From: Basidiobolus meristosporus CBS 931.73
Lineage: Eukaryota > Fungi > Basidiobolomycota
Assembly: GCA_002104905.1 (NCBI GenBank)
Contig: MCFE01000474.1
Location: 1-64,000 of the forward strand
DNA: 64,000 bases
Direction: 5' to 3'
Positions within the stretch are counted from its first letter, which is position 1. Each line of letters begins with the position of its first letter. This document shows, piece after piece, positions 22,350 through 35,569 of the stretch. The notes beneath the pieces were generated by a model, which saw only the letters and a list, made by a program, of their open reading frames with translations, had not been told where the DNA came from and did no database searches. The position numbers were made by a program, and so were the translations under genes.

Positions 22350-24696
22350 TGGTTATTACCTCTTTTTTACACTCCATATTTCCTGTCTTAAGAAATGCTC
22401 TTACTTTTCATGTATAAAATTGATATATTTCTGTGGAAATTTCACTTGTACCTTGGATACCAAATATACTGGGCTATACTGTTTGATACAGTGGAACTGT
22501 TGCCTTGATGAGTCCTGTGTATATTGTACTTGGAAGCTGCTTAGCTTGACTAAAATGTAACACAGTACAGTTGTCATTTGAGGCAAAATTTCATTCCAAA
22601 TCTCTTTGGCTTGCAAAGTTAAGGCACAAGCAGATGCATCTGGCCCATACTGTGCAAATTGTGCAAGGAATTGTTTGCAATAGCCTCCTCATTAAGTCCC
22701 CTCAGTCTTAGCTCATTCTTGATTTCAATATTTGTCTTGTTATATATCTTCCTATACATATCTGCTAGCATCTTAATGTAGAGCTCATGCTACAGCTTTC
22801 CACTAAGATTCTTCCATCTCTATCAGCTCTCTGAGGTATCTGGTTCTGCTAGATAAATGCATAGTGTCCAAATAATTGTATGAAGGCTCAGCATAGAAAC
22901 CTGGGACAAACTAAAATCATTTGGTAAGATCTAAAACAGATCCTACATCAACTTTTCTGGTTCAGACCATACTTGTGAGCTGGGGGATGGGTTTTGTCTG
23001 GGTTATATCATAGATGAGTTGAGACACGGTATAGGGATCCTAGTGACAGATTTGGATACTTCTACTGTAGTATATTGGCATCAGTCTGTTCTTGTATGAA
23101 ATATTTATAAAACTAATGTGCTTGTTGAATTTTCCCTATATTATGCACAATGCATCTCAGATTGCATTGACATGAATCAGATCACATCAATTGCAGATTA
23201 CCTACTTGATTATAGACTCATGAGTAAATCATCAATGAAATAAGTAAGTCATTGTTTAAGGATGGTATTTGCAACATAATGATGGGATACCTGGCAATTG
23301 ATGGAGACTTAATCATAATACATGGGAAATCAGATAAATTAAGCTAATTGTGTCAGCTCAGTTCATTTACCACTACTTGATCATGTACCAATTTTGATCT
23401 GACTCACTCATCTGACTGGTCTTTTGTCATCAACCTTATCACTACTGCACCAATACATTTTGACACATTAGAGGAGATCTATACCAAGTACTGCAGACTA
23501 TCTACCCTAATCTACTCAAGGAGATCCCTTGTTAGGCTTCTCTGGCACTACAAGACCTATTGCCCTATCCCAGAGTACTCAGCAACAGGTTTATATAAGG
23601 AGTTCTTGGGACACCTTCCCAGTCAGGATTAACAGACCTTCTGAAGAGCAGAGGCACTTTTATTCCGGCAAATACAAGGCACACTGTGTGTTGTTCCAAG
23701 CACTGTCTGATGCTGAAGGTGACATCATCTGGCTTAGTGGACCATTTGCTTGAAGTAGGATTGACAAAGCACTCTGGGTAGAGAATCATCCAGCACTCAG
23801 TAGAGGGGAGAAATGCATCACAGACTGAGCTTATATAGGAGAGAATTGTCACAGATTGGGATGTATTATAGCTCATAGGAAGCCAAGGAATGGAGTGCTT
23901 ATCATGAAGTAGAAGCTCTACAATAGGATATTTAACCATTTCAGATTGGGAGTAGTGCATACACTTGGATATCTAAAGAGATTCAGCACATTGGCAGGTA
24001 AATACCTAGCAAATTCATATACAGGAGAAAACAGCAGAATAGATAAAATAGCTAAGATACTTATTGTTGCACAGTATATATGTACAAGAAGACTTCTACT
24101 GCAAGAAATCTGCCTAGATAATTATAACAAGTCAATAAAGTAAGAAAATCATTGTTCTGAGCAACATAGGCAAGATTGAGCAAAAATACCAGTAACTGTA
24201 TCCTACCACTAGCATTATGTTGAAAACTAGAGTGCAAAATGTGAGTACTAAATGTAACACCTACTCTTTGCCCAAGAGTCCCCCAGAGTCATACCCAAAG
24301 TCTGCCCAGTATCCTCCCTATGAGTCCCTCAAACATCCTTCTTCTTATTCCTGTCCTTACCTAGTTAGAATGCTTACCATAACAGGAGGGTATTCACACC
24401 CTACTTTATAACATATTGCCTATCACCTAAGCCCCTCTCAGTGAGATATATACATACCCAATTGAGACAAGTTGAAAGGGACAAATGTTTGCCATAATAC
24501 ACATAAGTCTTTATTTCCTTGCTACCTTCTATTGGAAGCACTTCTGAACCAAGTGGTACTGACTTGACCCACAAGCTCTCCCAACTACCAAGTACAGTCA
24601 GTAGTAGCCCACACCAAACAGTGCTGTAGAGTGCCACATCAATCTGGCACTATAAACAGGCTGACACTATGCAGTACTATCCAGCAGAACAAGTCT
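22350..24696. mobile_element. Decayed, left-truncated PHIS copy H2 (start approximate)
   Basis: Colinear with H1 from the partner gene through the transposase (DTFPVRINRPSEEQRHFYSGKYKAHCV) to the right TIR GAACAAGTCT followed by AGT; many stops. Confidence 0.88.
24218..24600. repeat. ~380-bp dispersed repeat inserted in the H2 right end; second copy at ~30315-30680
   Basis: Shared blocks GTGAGTACT...CCTAAGCCC.TCTCAGTGAGATATA and CTACCTTCTATTGGAAG...GCTCTCCCAACTAC in both places; possibly a solo LTR. Confidence 0.7.
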
Positions 24697-25183
24697 AGTA
24701 TCTTTGCTGTAAAGAAGGAACTCAAAGAGCTCAGTTTCACAGCCAGCAGTTGAGGCATTTCTCAATGTAACAGCACAGGAACACTGTACAGTCTTTGAAG
24801 CACAACAACAGTGCCCAAAGACAATGCCCACAGAAAAACCTGTTGCAGTATTGGAGGGAGAGACTATGATGTATATACCAAAGTCTAAAAATCTAGTGAC
24901 TCCAAAGATCTGTGAAGCCATTGAATGCAATGATGAAGAATGGGCTAAAATTCAAAAGGCTCTAGGAAGTCAAACACAGCATTGCCTTAAGGCTGGCATA
25001 CCATGGGACCATCAGTAACATAAGGCTCAGCAGAATGAGCTTTACTTGTTCCATGATCATTATGCTGCATTCAAACAAGCAAGCAGATTTAGGGTCAGCA
25101 TTGGTATACTAAGAGAGTTTCACAAGAATAGAAGACACTATCAAAGACCGAAGAGCAAGGGTGGCATGGCTAGAAACCAGCAG

Positions 25184-27062
25184 TGTGGTGGTGTATAGGT
25201 CCAAGGGAGAGATATGTCCAACACTTTTCAAGTGTTTTGTGTGTGGGGTGTTCACTGGGTGCAATAACCTCTGGCAAAAGCTTGCTAGGAATACTTTGAT
25301 CCTGGCTCTAATCTAATGTGATGGGGAATAAAGCCACAAGCTTGTCAAGGGAAAACTATTGAGCTACAATCCCTAACCTAGTTGGCGTCTTAACAAAAGT
25401 ATGTGCTGAGTTCAGTGTCCTTTGAGATGACAATGTACTAAAGCTTCCAAAGTCAAAACAACTGTAAACTCCATCAGCAGGGGCTTGATAAGAATGCAGC
25501 TGTGGTCAATAGTTACAAAGACAGAAAAGTATCTTTGCCTGCACAAGAACAAACTTGGGAAAGAATCAAATATAATAAAAGATACCTACTCTGAGTATTC
25601 CTCACAAGTAGTGCCTCCAAGGTCAGTTGGCTGTCAGTGCTGTGGTAGGGTAAGCATACCTCTCACAGACAAGTTTATTCATACAGTCATTATGATATAC
25701 TTTTCCAAATTTTATCTTATCAGTATTATCCCATTCTTCTTTTGCCCATATTATCAGTATTATCCCCATATGATGTTTACCCTGATTAGTTATTAGCATT
25801 AGTTATCCCAGATGTTATTCAGCTTTGTGATCAGTATATGTATCTACATAAGGCAAGTACCCACGTCAGTACCTGTGACACATGACCTAGGTCTGTGTTA
25901 CCATCCCTACCATTTTAATACCATATATGGTATTTCTATGTTGCACAGGTTTCAGACTACTGATTCCTGATTGGTTGAATGTGCTGTGCCTTTTAGAACC
26001 TTCCAGGACATTCTTGGTATAGTTTTAGCTCATAGTGATGTCATCAAGAATTCCACTGATACCTAGAGTCTTCTAGAACCATGTCATTAGTAATCACTTG
26101 GCAATCAGGAAAAGTATTTAAGGGAAAGCAATCCCTCATCAATAAATCATCCCTTCTATCAGTAATACTTCTGCCTTATTGATTAGCAGTTGATCACTGC
26201 ACCTGCCTTCAACAGTACATCTCAGACCTGCCATCAAGGAGCTTTTCAGGGTAGTGCACAAGACACACAGAGGCCTTTGGAGACACTTGGAGCACCTAGG
26301 AAGCTAGAGAAGCAGGTGCTTTTACCATAGTGACATATTGACAAAGACACCAGCAGTTTAGACACAGAGGTTATTGCACCCATCAGACACCTCACACACC
26401 TTGAGTTGTGTAGTTTCTCCCAGGAGTACCTCTACACCACCACAGCACGGTTTCCTGGGAGTGTCCTGTGGTCTGGGGCTGAGAATTCAGGTAGTAGCAG
26501 GTAGCAGTGATCACACTAATCAACAAGTCAGTATATTGATAAAAGGGATGATGATTAATTGTTGAGGGATAGCCTCCCTTATATACTTTTCACACTGGCT
26601 AAGTGATTACTAATCATGGTGTTTCAGAAGGTTCCAGATATCAATAAAAATCTTAATGACATCAGAAAGACCTAAGAATGCTCTAAGTAGGTGCCAGAAG
26701 GTTCTGAGAGGCACAGCACATCCAACCAATCAGGAATCAGTATTCTGAAACCTGTGTAACATAGGGATACCATATATGGTGTGGAAATGGTAGGGATGGT
26801 GACACAAGTGGATCATGTGTCATGGGTACTGGCACAGGTACTTGCCAAATATAAAAGCACTTATAGCTAGTAATCTTACATAAAGTGAGAGGTAACTTAT
26901 GCAACAAGGTAAGCAGGTGTGATAGTCAACCAGCTTATGGGATAGTACTGATCAGGTAAGACAGATGGGATAAAACTAAAATAACTGTAGTAGAGATATA
27001 GGGAAGTAGAAAATATGGGGATGAGCACATCTGTCAGTGGGTGTCACTGTCACCCCACTACA
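25184..27062. repeat. Solo LTR family A copy 2, with nested insertion; TSD GCAG/GTAG
   Basis: TGTGGTGGTG...CCCCACTACA; 25184-25640 plus 26445-27062 align to 1356-2426; removal restores the host frame RNQQ/FPQEPVTC. Confidence 0.85.
25641..26444 (-). repeat. Related LTR-A subfamily solo LTR (804 bp) nested in reverse orientation
   Basis: Ends TGTGGTAGGG...CACCACCACA; internal part is the reverse complement of the host LTR core; flanks GTGC/GCAC. Confidence 0.8.
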
Positions 27063-30000
27063 GTAGTTTCCTCAAGAGCCTGTGACATGCAGAGCTAAAA
27101 GCTTTAAACAAGCATCAAAGAAATGTCAGGTAGCTGAAAGAGCTCCAGTAAGTGACAAGCAGGTAGATATGGATGTGCTTGTGCAACACTTATTAAGGAA
27201 AGAGAGTAGTTGCATTCAAGAAGCACTCATGCAAAGTTGTGTTGAAGGACCTGACAGTAATAAGAACTGGCAGCTTCCTCTTGAGCCCATAATAACTAGG
27301 GCCAAAAGATCAAATCATGCAGCAAGGAAACATCAGGTTGCCAGTTGAGTGCCAGTCAGGGACAAGCAGGCCAAAGCAAATGTATTAGAATAGCATTTAT
27401 CAAGGGGAAAATGTAGTTCAGTGCAAGAAACACTTGGACAAAGTAGGAGTGAAAGTCCAGGCAATGATAAAGGAAGAAGTCAACCCAAGCCAGAGACAGG
27501 TAAGCACAAGAAGAAAGCTGTGGCTCTTGCCATTTAATGTCATAATCTTGGAATAGGCTGAATTCCCTCACAGCCAAGAAGAATTACAAACAAGACAAAG
27601 GTTGACTTCTCAAGGGCTGGAAGTATGGCCAGTTGAGCAACACTCCAGTGAGGTAGATGAGTTTACAGAGAAAGGTAGCTTGTCTACCACAACCTCAATT
27701 GTGGACAGAGTGGTGGTTGTGCAAACAGACAAAGTAGCAATGTCAAGGACTTGAGAGACTATCACAATGCTTACAGTCAAATTTTAGACATTAATAGGAA
27801 CACCAAGAGGATGCATCACTTCTTTAAGAGCAGTGCTCCAGAAAATGCACTCAAACAGTGCAAGGACTTAGTGTAAAGACTGACAAATAAGGTATCATAT
27901 CTTGTGGCACCAGCTGAAGACCAGGATATATAGGCATCAGCAAATGAACAGAACATAAAGCTGTAGGCTTCCCACTAATGTTATGGAAAAAGGGAGTTGC
28001 AGCAGAAATACTTATTGAATGATTGATTTTAAAGGTGTTACTAGTGAAGTGTGGGGTAATGCTTAATGTTGGTGTTGGTTATAGGGATTTGTATAGGCCA
28101 ATTCAATTGGCAATTGTGGTGCTACAGAACCTTCAGCAGATGTTAATTAACTTGTTATTGTTAGCCTATTTTTCCTTGCAACACACCCATGGATGAGTCT
28201 AGCAAGATTATAATATGCAAGGAGTCAATGCCCATGGAAAAAACGCCAAGAGTACTCTGCAGAGTCAAGTGAGCCCAGTATTTTATTTACTGGTGAGTAA
28301 TGAGATTTTGTGGCTAGTGGAGTGGTGTACCTGCACCAATATTAGTCATGGGGGCTATGAGGATTTACTGCAGCATCTTGACAAGGTTGTTCCACCATTT
28401 ATACTACCATGGATTTGGTACTAATGAAAACCATCATACAGCTGTCATCATATGACCCACAGATCACTGTGATACTGGCATGTGTTAACAGTTGCATGGC
28501 ATTCACATCAGAAAATGCCATCATGGCAAGGTTTTCAACTTGACAGGATTCCACCAACACAGGAAAAAATATTATTCACACTCCAGTTGTATTCCAGTAA
28601 TACCCAGTCTACAGAAGCTGATGCAGACTAAAAAATATTGTGAAGCTATCTATTACCACACTCAGTATCAACGGTTGTAAACATTTCCAATATATTTAAT
28701 GGCAAACACTACAAACAACCAAGAAGTAAGGGCTATTCAGATGATATATATGACCATGTCTTTGCTTTGACACATGACGGATTCTCACTCAACAAGTACT
28801 TTACCAACAAGTTCTGCTAGCCACTGATTCTCATTGACCTGAATTTACCACCAGTATTATGGTATCAGAGCAGAAACCTTCTGGTAGTACCATTGATCTC
28901 TGAGCCTTAATTACCATCTAGCCAGGATAGCCACCTGTGCTCATTACTGGATTAGTTCTCTATGCTATCCAGATGGATACTGATAAGTCATCATCATGTC
29001 AAAATGCATATTATTATTTGCATTGGAGATACCCTGGCCATCAGCATAGTAGTTGGCTCTCTATGGGCACAATGGAGAGTATTGTTTTTAAATTTATGAG
29101 ATCCAGCTGATTTACTCCATAAATCACACACATCATTATTACCCAAGCACCAATACTAAAACATCATCTTCCTCTAAAGAGAACTTATAGAAATCAGCAT
29201 GCATTTGTAGTAAAGTTGGCAAGCTGTCAGCCACTTACTGGAATACAGAATTAAATGGAAACCAGAGATACATAAGACACCTTCTGAGCTCAAGTATAGG
29301 CTTACTTTGCCTTGCTGACACACTATGTCACTATTTGGCACTCCTGGCTCAATGCAGCATTATCCAACAGAACATGTATAGCATCTATATAGAAAGGCTA
29401 ATCCACTGTATTACATGCTTATACATCAAGGTATTTAAAAGTGCTGACAAGCACCTCCCCCACCACCTAAGAGTAAGAAACTAACAAGACAAAAATGGAA
29501 ACCATACAATAAGGTGCAGCATGAACAAGCTGTTGCAGGCCTCAAGTTTTACCCACAGTTTACACATTGATGGAATTGCTCTTGTACTATTACCAGTTAG
29601 GACCATGGACCAAAGTTCACCATCACCCTGGTTAATAAGACACTCAGCAACATAGTACCAGATGGTCTGAGACCCTTCCATGAGGATTGACTTATTATTG
29701 CTAAAACCAAATCATGATTAAACAATTATCAGGACAAGGATAGAAGTACTTACTGGATATATGTGAGGTTCATTAGAAGTGGCTCTAGACAGTATAAGTA
29801 CAAATGATATGTGCAAGGAAGTTTACCTAAAAGGGAGAACAAAAGAGCATATATGGAAAGCAACAAAAGAAACTGTTCACCCAAAAGCTGGCTTTACTCC
29901 TCCCATCAGCCCAAACCAAGATGATATCAAAAGCAAGACCAACCTGCAAGAGTTGAGAGATATGAAACCAGTGTTACATGCAATAAGGACAAGCCCCAAC

Positions 30001-30314
30001 AACATTTGCAAGATTAAGCAGCAGGACTCTATTGCTCCATTGCATCTCTTCTTGTTCTCCAGTCCCCCTGAGGAACTTTCACAGAACCTTATGATTTGCC
30101 AATTGTATGGCTCTGTGGAAAGCATCCTTCAAGTAGCCCAAGCCACACCCCACTTAGCCACCAAATGGTATCAGGTATATGCCCACAGTCCTCCAGCATG
30201 TGACAACCAACAAAGGCACTATAGCAACTCCCTATGCTCAGTAAACAAAATTATCCCTGGAGAAGCAAGCCAGTCATTAAACTTTGAGGACAAAGCTTCC
30301 CCTTAGCCCCTAGA

Positions 30315-30680
30315 ATATGTGAGTACTGAGTATAGTACTCACTTCTTGCCCAAGAGACCCCCCCAAAGCTCCCCCAGAGCCTTATGCAAAGTCCCTCAAT
30401 ATCCTTCCTATGGCTCTCCTACACATCCTCCCTCCTATTCCTGTTCTTACCTAGCAAGAATACTTACCATAACAGCAAGGTGTTCACACCCCAATTTTAT
30501 AGCATATTGTCCATCACCTAAGCCCATCTCAGTGAGATATATTTAATGTGACAAAATCTGTCTCACTCTATTTGACTCCATTGAACATATATAACTAAAT
30601 CTTTATTACCTTACTACCTTCTATTGGAAGATATTCTGAACCAAGTGGTGCTGATTTGATCTACTAGCTCTCCCAACTAC
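30315..30680. repeat. Second copy of the ~380-bp dispersed repeat
   Basis: Aligns to ~24240-24600. Confidence 0.7.
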
Positions 30681-33081
30681 ACAGTATAGAACATGATAAC
30701 TCTCCTCTCTTACTGCTGTTATAGATCTAACTGATGTCTGCATCAAGGCCACCAAAATACTCTCAAGTTCAATATCTGTATGCAAGGCAACAGCAGAGGG
30801 TTCAGTTTTGGTTTTGACAATTCTGGATGGAGGATCACTTAAAATGCTCAAATGAAGAAACACCAATGCTTTGACACAGAACATGTGGGCACATCACTTT
30901 TGATCATTTGCTTAAAATGATCAAAGATTAGCTAATTTCCAGAGTAAAAATTGATACCCAAGCAAATTTGGAGCACTGTCAAGCCTGCATATATGGGAAT
31001 TAACTCATGCAACTATTTAAGAGGTCTTTATTAATCAAAACCCACTGGATCTAATTCACTGAGATCTGTGTTGACCAATGCAAAATATATCCTTAAGCTG
31101 GATGAAGTAGTTCATCATTTTTATTGATGTTTATACATGATATATGTGGGTCTACTTCATGGAATGAAAGAATAAGCTCCATCTAAGTTTAGGGACTTTA
31201 AAGCCTGGTGGAGAGAGAAACTGGTGAAAAAATCAAGGAAATACGCTCCAACAATGGTGAAATAGATACCTGAAAACTCTTCATCCACTTGTGTGAGATT
31301 CATGTGATTATATATTAGATTACTGTACAATACTCTCCACAGCAAGATGGGTATCAGATCATAGAAGCAGATCAATCACCAATATAGCAATATAAACAAT
31401 CCATAATCAAAAAATATCTTGAGATATTTTGGTGGAATCAGTTGCTACAGCTTTTGATCTCAGAAGTAGGAGTTCCAGCAGTATACTTTGTGATTCTACT
31501 CCATTTGAGGCATAGTATGGATACAGACCAAGTGCAGAACATATAAGAGTATTTAAGTGCCCTGCTTTTGCCAAGAAACTGTCTGGGAATCAGTCAAAAC
31601 TTATGCCAAGAGTGTAAAATACATATTTTTGGCCTACTGCCATGAAAGTAAGAATTATGGGCTTTGAAGTACTAAAGTAGAGAACTTCAGCAAGTTCAGG
31701 TATGTGCCACTTGATGAAAACTCAAAATTCTCATAATATATGACATCAATTGATGCCAAAACTCAGATCTCCGGCCCACTAAGAGTGAGGATTGAATCAA
31801 AGTAGAGTAATGAAAGCTTACTTACTTCAGCAGACTCTACAGGCCTAGTTCACTGTGATTCAGTGCCCAGGAATATCCCAGAAGTGATTATTCCAGTATT
31901 ACAAGCCAGGAGATCCAATTGGACTAGAAATAACCCAAATTACAATATTCTATGGGTACAAACTTAGCCTATGTCTATTAAGTCCATATTGATCAGCCCT
32001 AGACAGTTAAAGAGACCCTAAATAGCCTGCAGACAGTATTTTAGAGATTTGCAATGACTGAGGAGTATATGGCCCCAATGGAATATCAAACTTAGGACTT
32101 AGCCAAATTACCTATCAACCAAAAGTTAATTGAATGCAGATGGGTCTTCAAGACAAAATTCAAGGCTGATGGTACAATTGAAAGATCTAAAGTAAGACTT
32201 GTGGCCAAAGAGTACTCCCAAACAAAAGGACTGGACCATACTGAATTCTTTGCACCAGTTACCAAGTTCAATTCCATCAGACCAAAATTGGCTATTGCAG
32301 CCAATTATAAGTTTTTATTCATCAAATGGATGCAATATTGCACTTTTGAATAGGGAACTTGTTGAGGACATGTACATCAGCCAGTCTGATGAGTTGGCTG
32401 ACCAAGATAACCCCCATTTGGTCTGCAAGCTCAAATAATCCTTAAATGATCAGAAACTATCACTAAGAGCCTGGATTCACAAGATATGTGCTTACTGGGA
32501 CCCTTTGAGTTTCCAAAGAAGTATTGCTGACTAAGGTATCTACTAAAAGCCATATAGAGCAAATGCAGCTCTATTAGCACTATATGTATATGATCTTATT
32601 ACAGCCACCAATAACCAAAAAACATTGCAATAGACTAGATCCAGCCTATCTAAGGAGCTAAAGGTATTCAATCTTGAGGAACTGTAACTACTTTGGGATA
32701 AAGCCCCCTTTAGACATAAGTACTCAGAATACTGCCCTGAGCCAGTCCTAGTGTGTACAAGATATATTCAAGTGCTGTAAGAGTCTTGGAGATATTGGAA
32801 ATGATTGGGAGAACTAGTACATTATGTGGTTTTCACTTAATGATTTATTGAATGTAAAAGTAGTATTTATACTTTTACATGGTCTTGGCATTACAAACAC
32901 GTAAAATAGGCTAAGGAAGGTCCCAAGAACATGTGTGCAAAGTTTGGGGCTGTTTGGACAACTTTGAAAATTTTCATGTTCTGGGTACCTGGTATTTTGG
33001 TGAAAATATTCCAAGTAAATCCTGACAAGGAATTTGGTCGGTATTCTCTAGGATTTGAGGGTAATGATCTAAGTGACTAAG

Positions 33082-34854
33082 TTAGGTGAATATTAAGGTG
33101 GAAATACAAATTTTTACAACACTCCCACTCAGCAAAATGTTCACACTGACTAGTCCTAATTTTGACCTAAGATATTCAAACTTGTCTCTAGCTAATGGTT
33201 TGGTAAATATGTCTGCAATCATTTCATCTGTAGGACAGTAAACTAAGCTAACTAAGTTTTTCTCTATAGCTTCACATATGAAATGATGTCTAATATCTAT
33301 GTGCTTGGTTCTAGCATGAAAAGTTGGATCTCTACCTAATTGTATATATCCTTGATTATCTTGAAAAAAAGTAATGGGCATATTTTGACATAGGCCTAAA
33401 TCTGTAAAAAGCTTTCTTAACCACATTGCTTCTTTTTTAGCTTCACAGGCTGCCATATACTCTGCCTCTGTGGTGGAAAGTGCTACGGTTGGTTGCTTTC
33501 TTGAATTCCATGAAATTGCTCCTTTACAGTAAAGAAAGGTGTATCCTGAGGTGGATCTTCTGTCTTCTAAATTTTGTCCCCAATCAGCTTCAGAGTATCC
33601 CACAAAATCCTGTTCTGAATCCTTACAAGTGTATCTTAAGCAGATATCAGCAGTTCCTTTTAGGTATCTAAAAATCCGCTTAACTGCTGCAATATGATCA
33701 GATCCATAGTTCTGATTATGTAGGCTGACAACTCCCACTGAATATGAGATATCTAGACGTGTTCCAACCATGGTATACATCAGACTGCCAACCATTGACT
33801 GATAAGGAAAGTCAGGGCTTTCAGATGGCACCAAGCTCTCTTGATTTGGTTGAGTTTTGACCAAGTTAAGGTTTGTCTCCATTGGGGTAGCTGCTGGTTT
33901 ACAGTCTTCCATTTTGTACTTCTTTAGTATATCTTGAATATACTTGGATTGGCTTAGGGTAATAGTCTGGGTACTTCTGTCTATGGAGAACTTAATCCCT
34001 AAGTAGTAACTAAGTTCTCCTAGATTGGACATCTTGAACTCCTTAGATAGGCTGGATTTAGTCTCTTCCAATGTTGCTAGGTTATTGGTGGCTATAATAA
34101 GATCATCCACATATAGAGCTAATAGAACTGAATTTGCTCTATCTGGCTTATAGTATACACTATAGTCAGCATTACTTCTTTTGAAACTCAAAGATTCCAA
34201 ATAAGAATCTATCTTGCAATTCCAGGCTCTTGGTGATTGTTTGAGACCATATCATGACTTTTTAAGCTTGCAGACCAAATGGGGGTTATCTTGGTCAACA
34301 AGCCCATCAGGCTGGTCCATATACACGTCCTCATCAAGTTCTCCATTCAAAAATTCAGTTTTTACATCCATTTGATGAATAAAAAACTTATATTTGGCTG
34401 CAATAGCCAATATTCATCTTATGGAATTAAACTTGGCTACCGGTGCAAAGGTCTCAGTATAGTCAAGTCCTTTTGTTTGAGAGTATCCTTTGGCTACAAG
34501 TCTTGCTTTGTATCTTTCAATTGTATCATCAGCCTTGTATTTTGTCTTGAAGACCCATCTGCATCCAATTGATTTTTGGTTGATTGGTAATTTGACTAAG
34601 TCCCAAGTTTGATTTTCCATCAGGGCCTGATATTCCTCAGTCATTACAGATCTCCAAAACTTTGTCTGAGGGCTATTTAGGGCCTCTTTTACAGTCTGGG
34701 GCTCATCAATATGGACTGAATAGGCATAGGCTAAGTTTGTATCCTCATTGATATAGTAATTTGGGCTATTTCTTGTCTGATTGGATCTCCAGGCATTTGA
34801 TACTGGAATGATCACTTCTGGGATATTCCTGGGCACTGATTCTGGCTGAACCAC
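33082..34854 (-). pseudogene. C2 reverse transcriptase-RNase H (two in-frame TGA)
   Basis: RYKARLVAKGYSQ, HQMDVKT, YGLKQSPRAW, LYVDDL, GYSEADW, ALSTTEAEY, HARTKHIDIRHHF. Confidence 0.92.
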
Positions 34855-34866
34855 GGTTGTAGAGTC

Positions 34867-35556
34867 CTATGGAGTGAAAAAATTTTCATTGTTTTGCTCT
34901 GATTCAATCCTGACAATTGGTGGACTTGAGATCAAATTTTTGTCATCATCTGATGTCATTTTTTGTGAAAACTTTGAATTTTCATCAAACAACACATCCC
35001 TGGACTTGATCAGCTTCTTTGCTTTGGTATTGTAGAGTCTGTATGCCTTACTCTCACTGCAGTAGCCCAAAAATATGCATTTTACACTTCTTAGCTCAAA
35101 TTTCAACTGATTTCCGGCCAGTTTTTTAGCATATGCTGTACACCCAAATATTCTTAGATGTTCTGCACTTGGTCTGTATCCATACCATGCTTCAAATGGA
35201 GTAGAATCACAAAGTATTCTGTTATAACTCCTATTTTTAAGGTATACAGCAGTGGCAACTGATTCTGCCCAAAAATCATACAATAATTTTTGATCATGAT
35301 TCATGGATTGTGCCATAAACTCCCTGAACTTAGACAGAGCTTCTTCCTTTTTCTCCATGAAGTAGACCCATGTGTATCTTGTATAATCATCAATAAAAGT
35401 GATTAAATACTTCATCCCGCCTAAGGATAAATTTAGCATAGGTCCACGCAGATCTGAGTGAATTAGATCTAATTTTTTCTTAGTTTTGATTAACCCAGAG
35501 CTCTTGAATGGTTGTCTGGCTTGTTTCCCATATATGCAGGCTTCACAGTGCTCCAA
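34867..35556 (-). pseudogene. C2 integrase with internal deletion
   Basis: CEACIYGKQ, LIHSDLRGP, IDDYTRYTWVYF, FWAESVATAVYLKNR; the RSDNGGE and PQQNG..ER segments are absent. Confidence 0.88.
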
Positions 35557-35569
35557 ATTAGCTGGGGGA

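Noticed and set aside
28860-28871. TGGTATCAGAGC, a canonical tRNA-Met PBS sequence
   Set aside because: Not adjacent to a recognisable LTR end or followed by gag; cannot be supported as a PBS.
34230-34420. Recurrent in-frame TGA codons in TE ORFs (C2 RT, H1 partner) suggesting TGA recoding
   Set aside because: Host genes here (DPP5, MRPL33) end in TGA, and these elements carry other lesions; mutation explains them.
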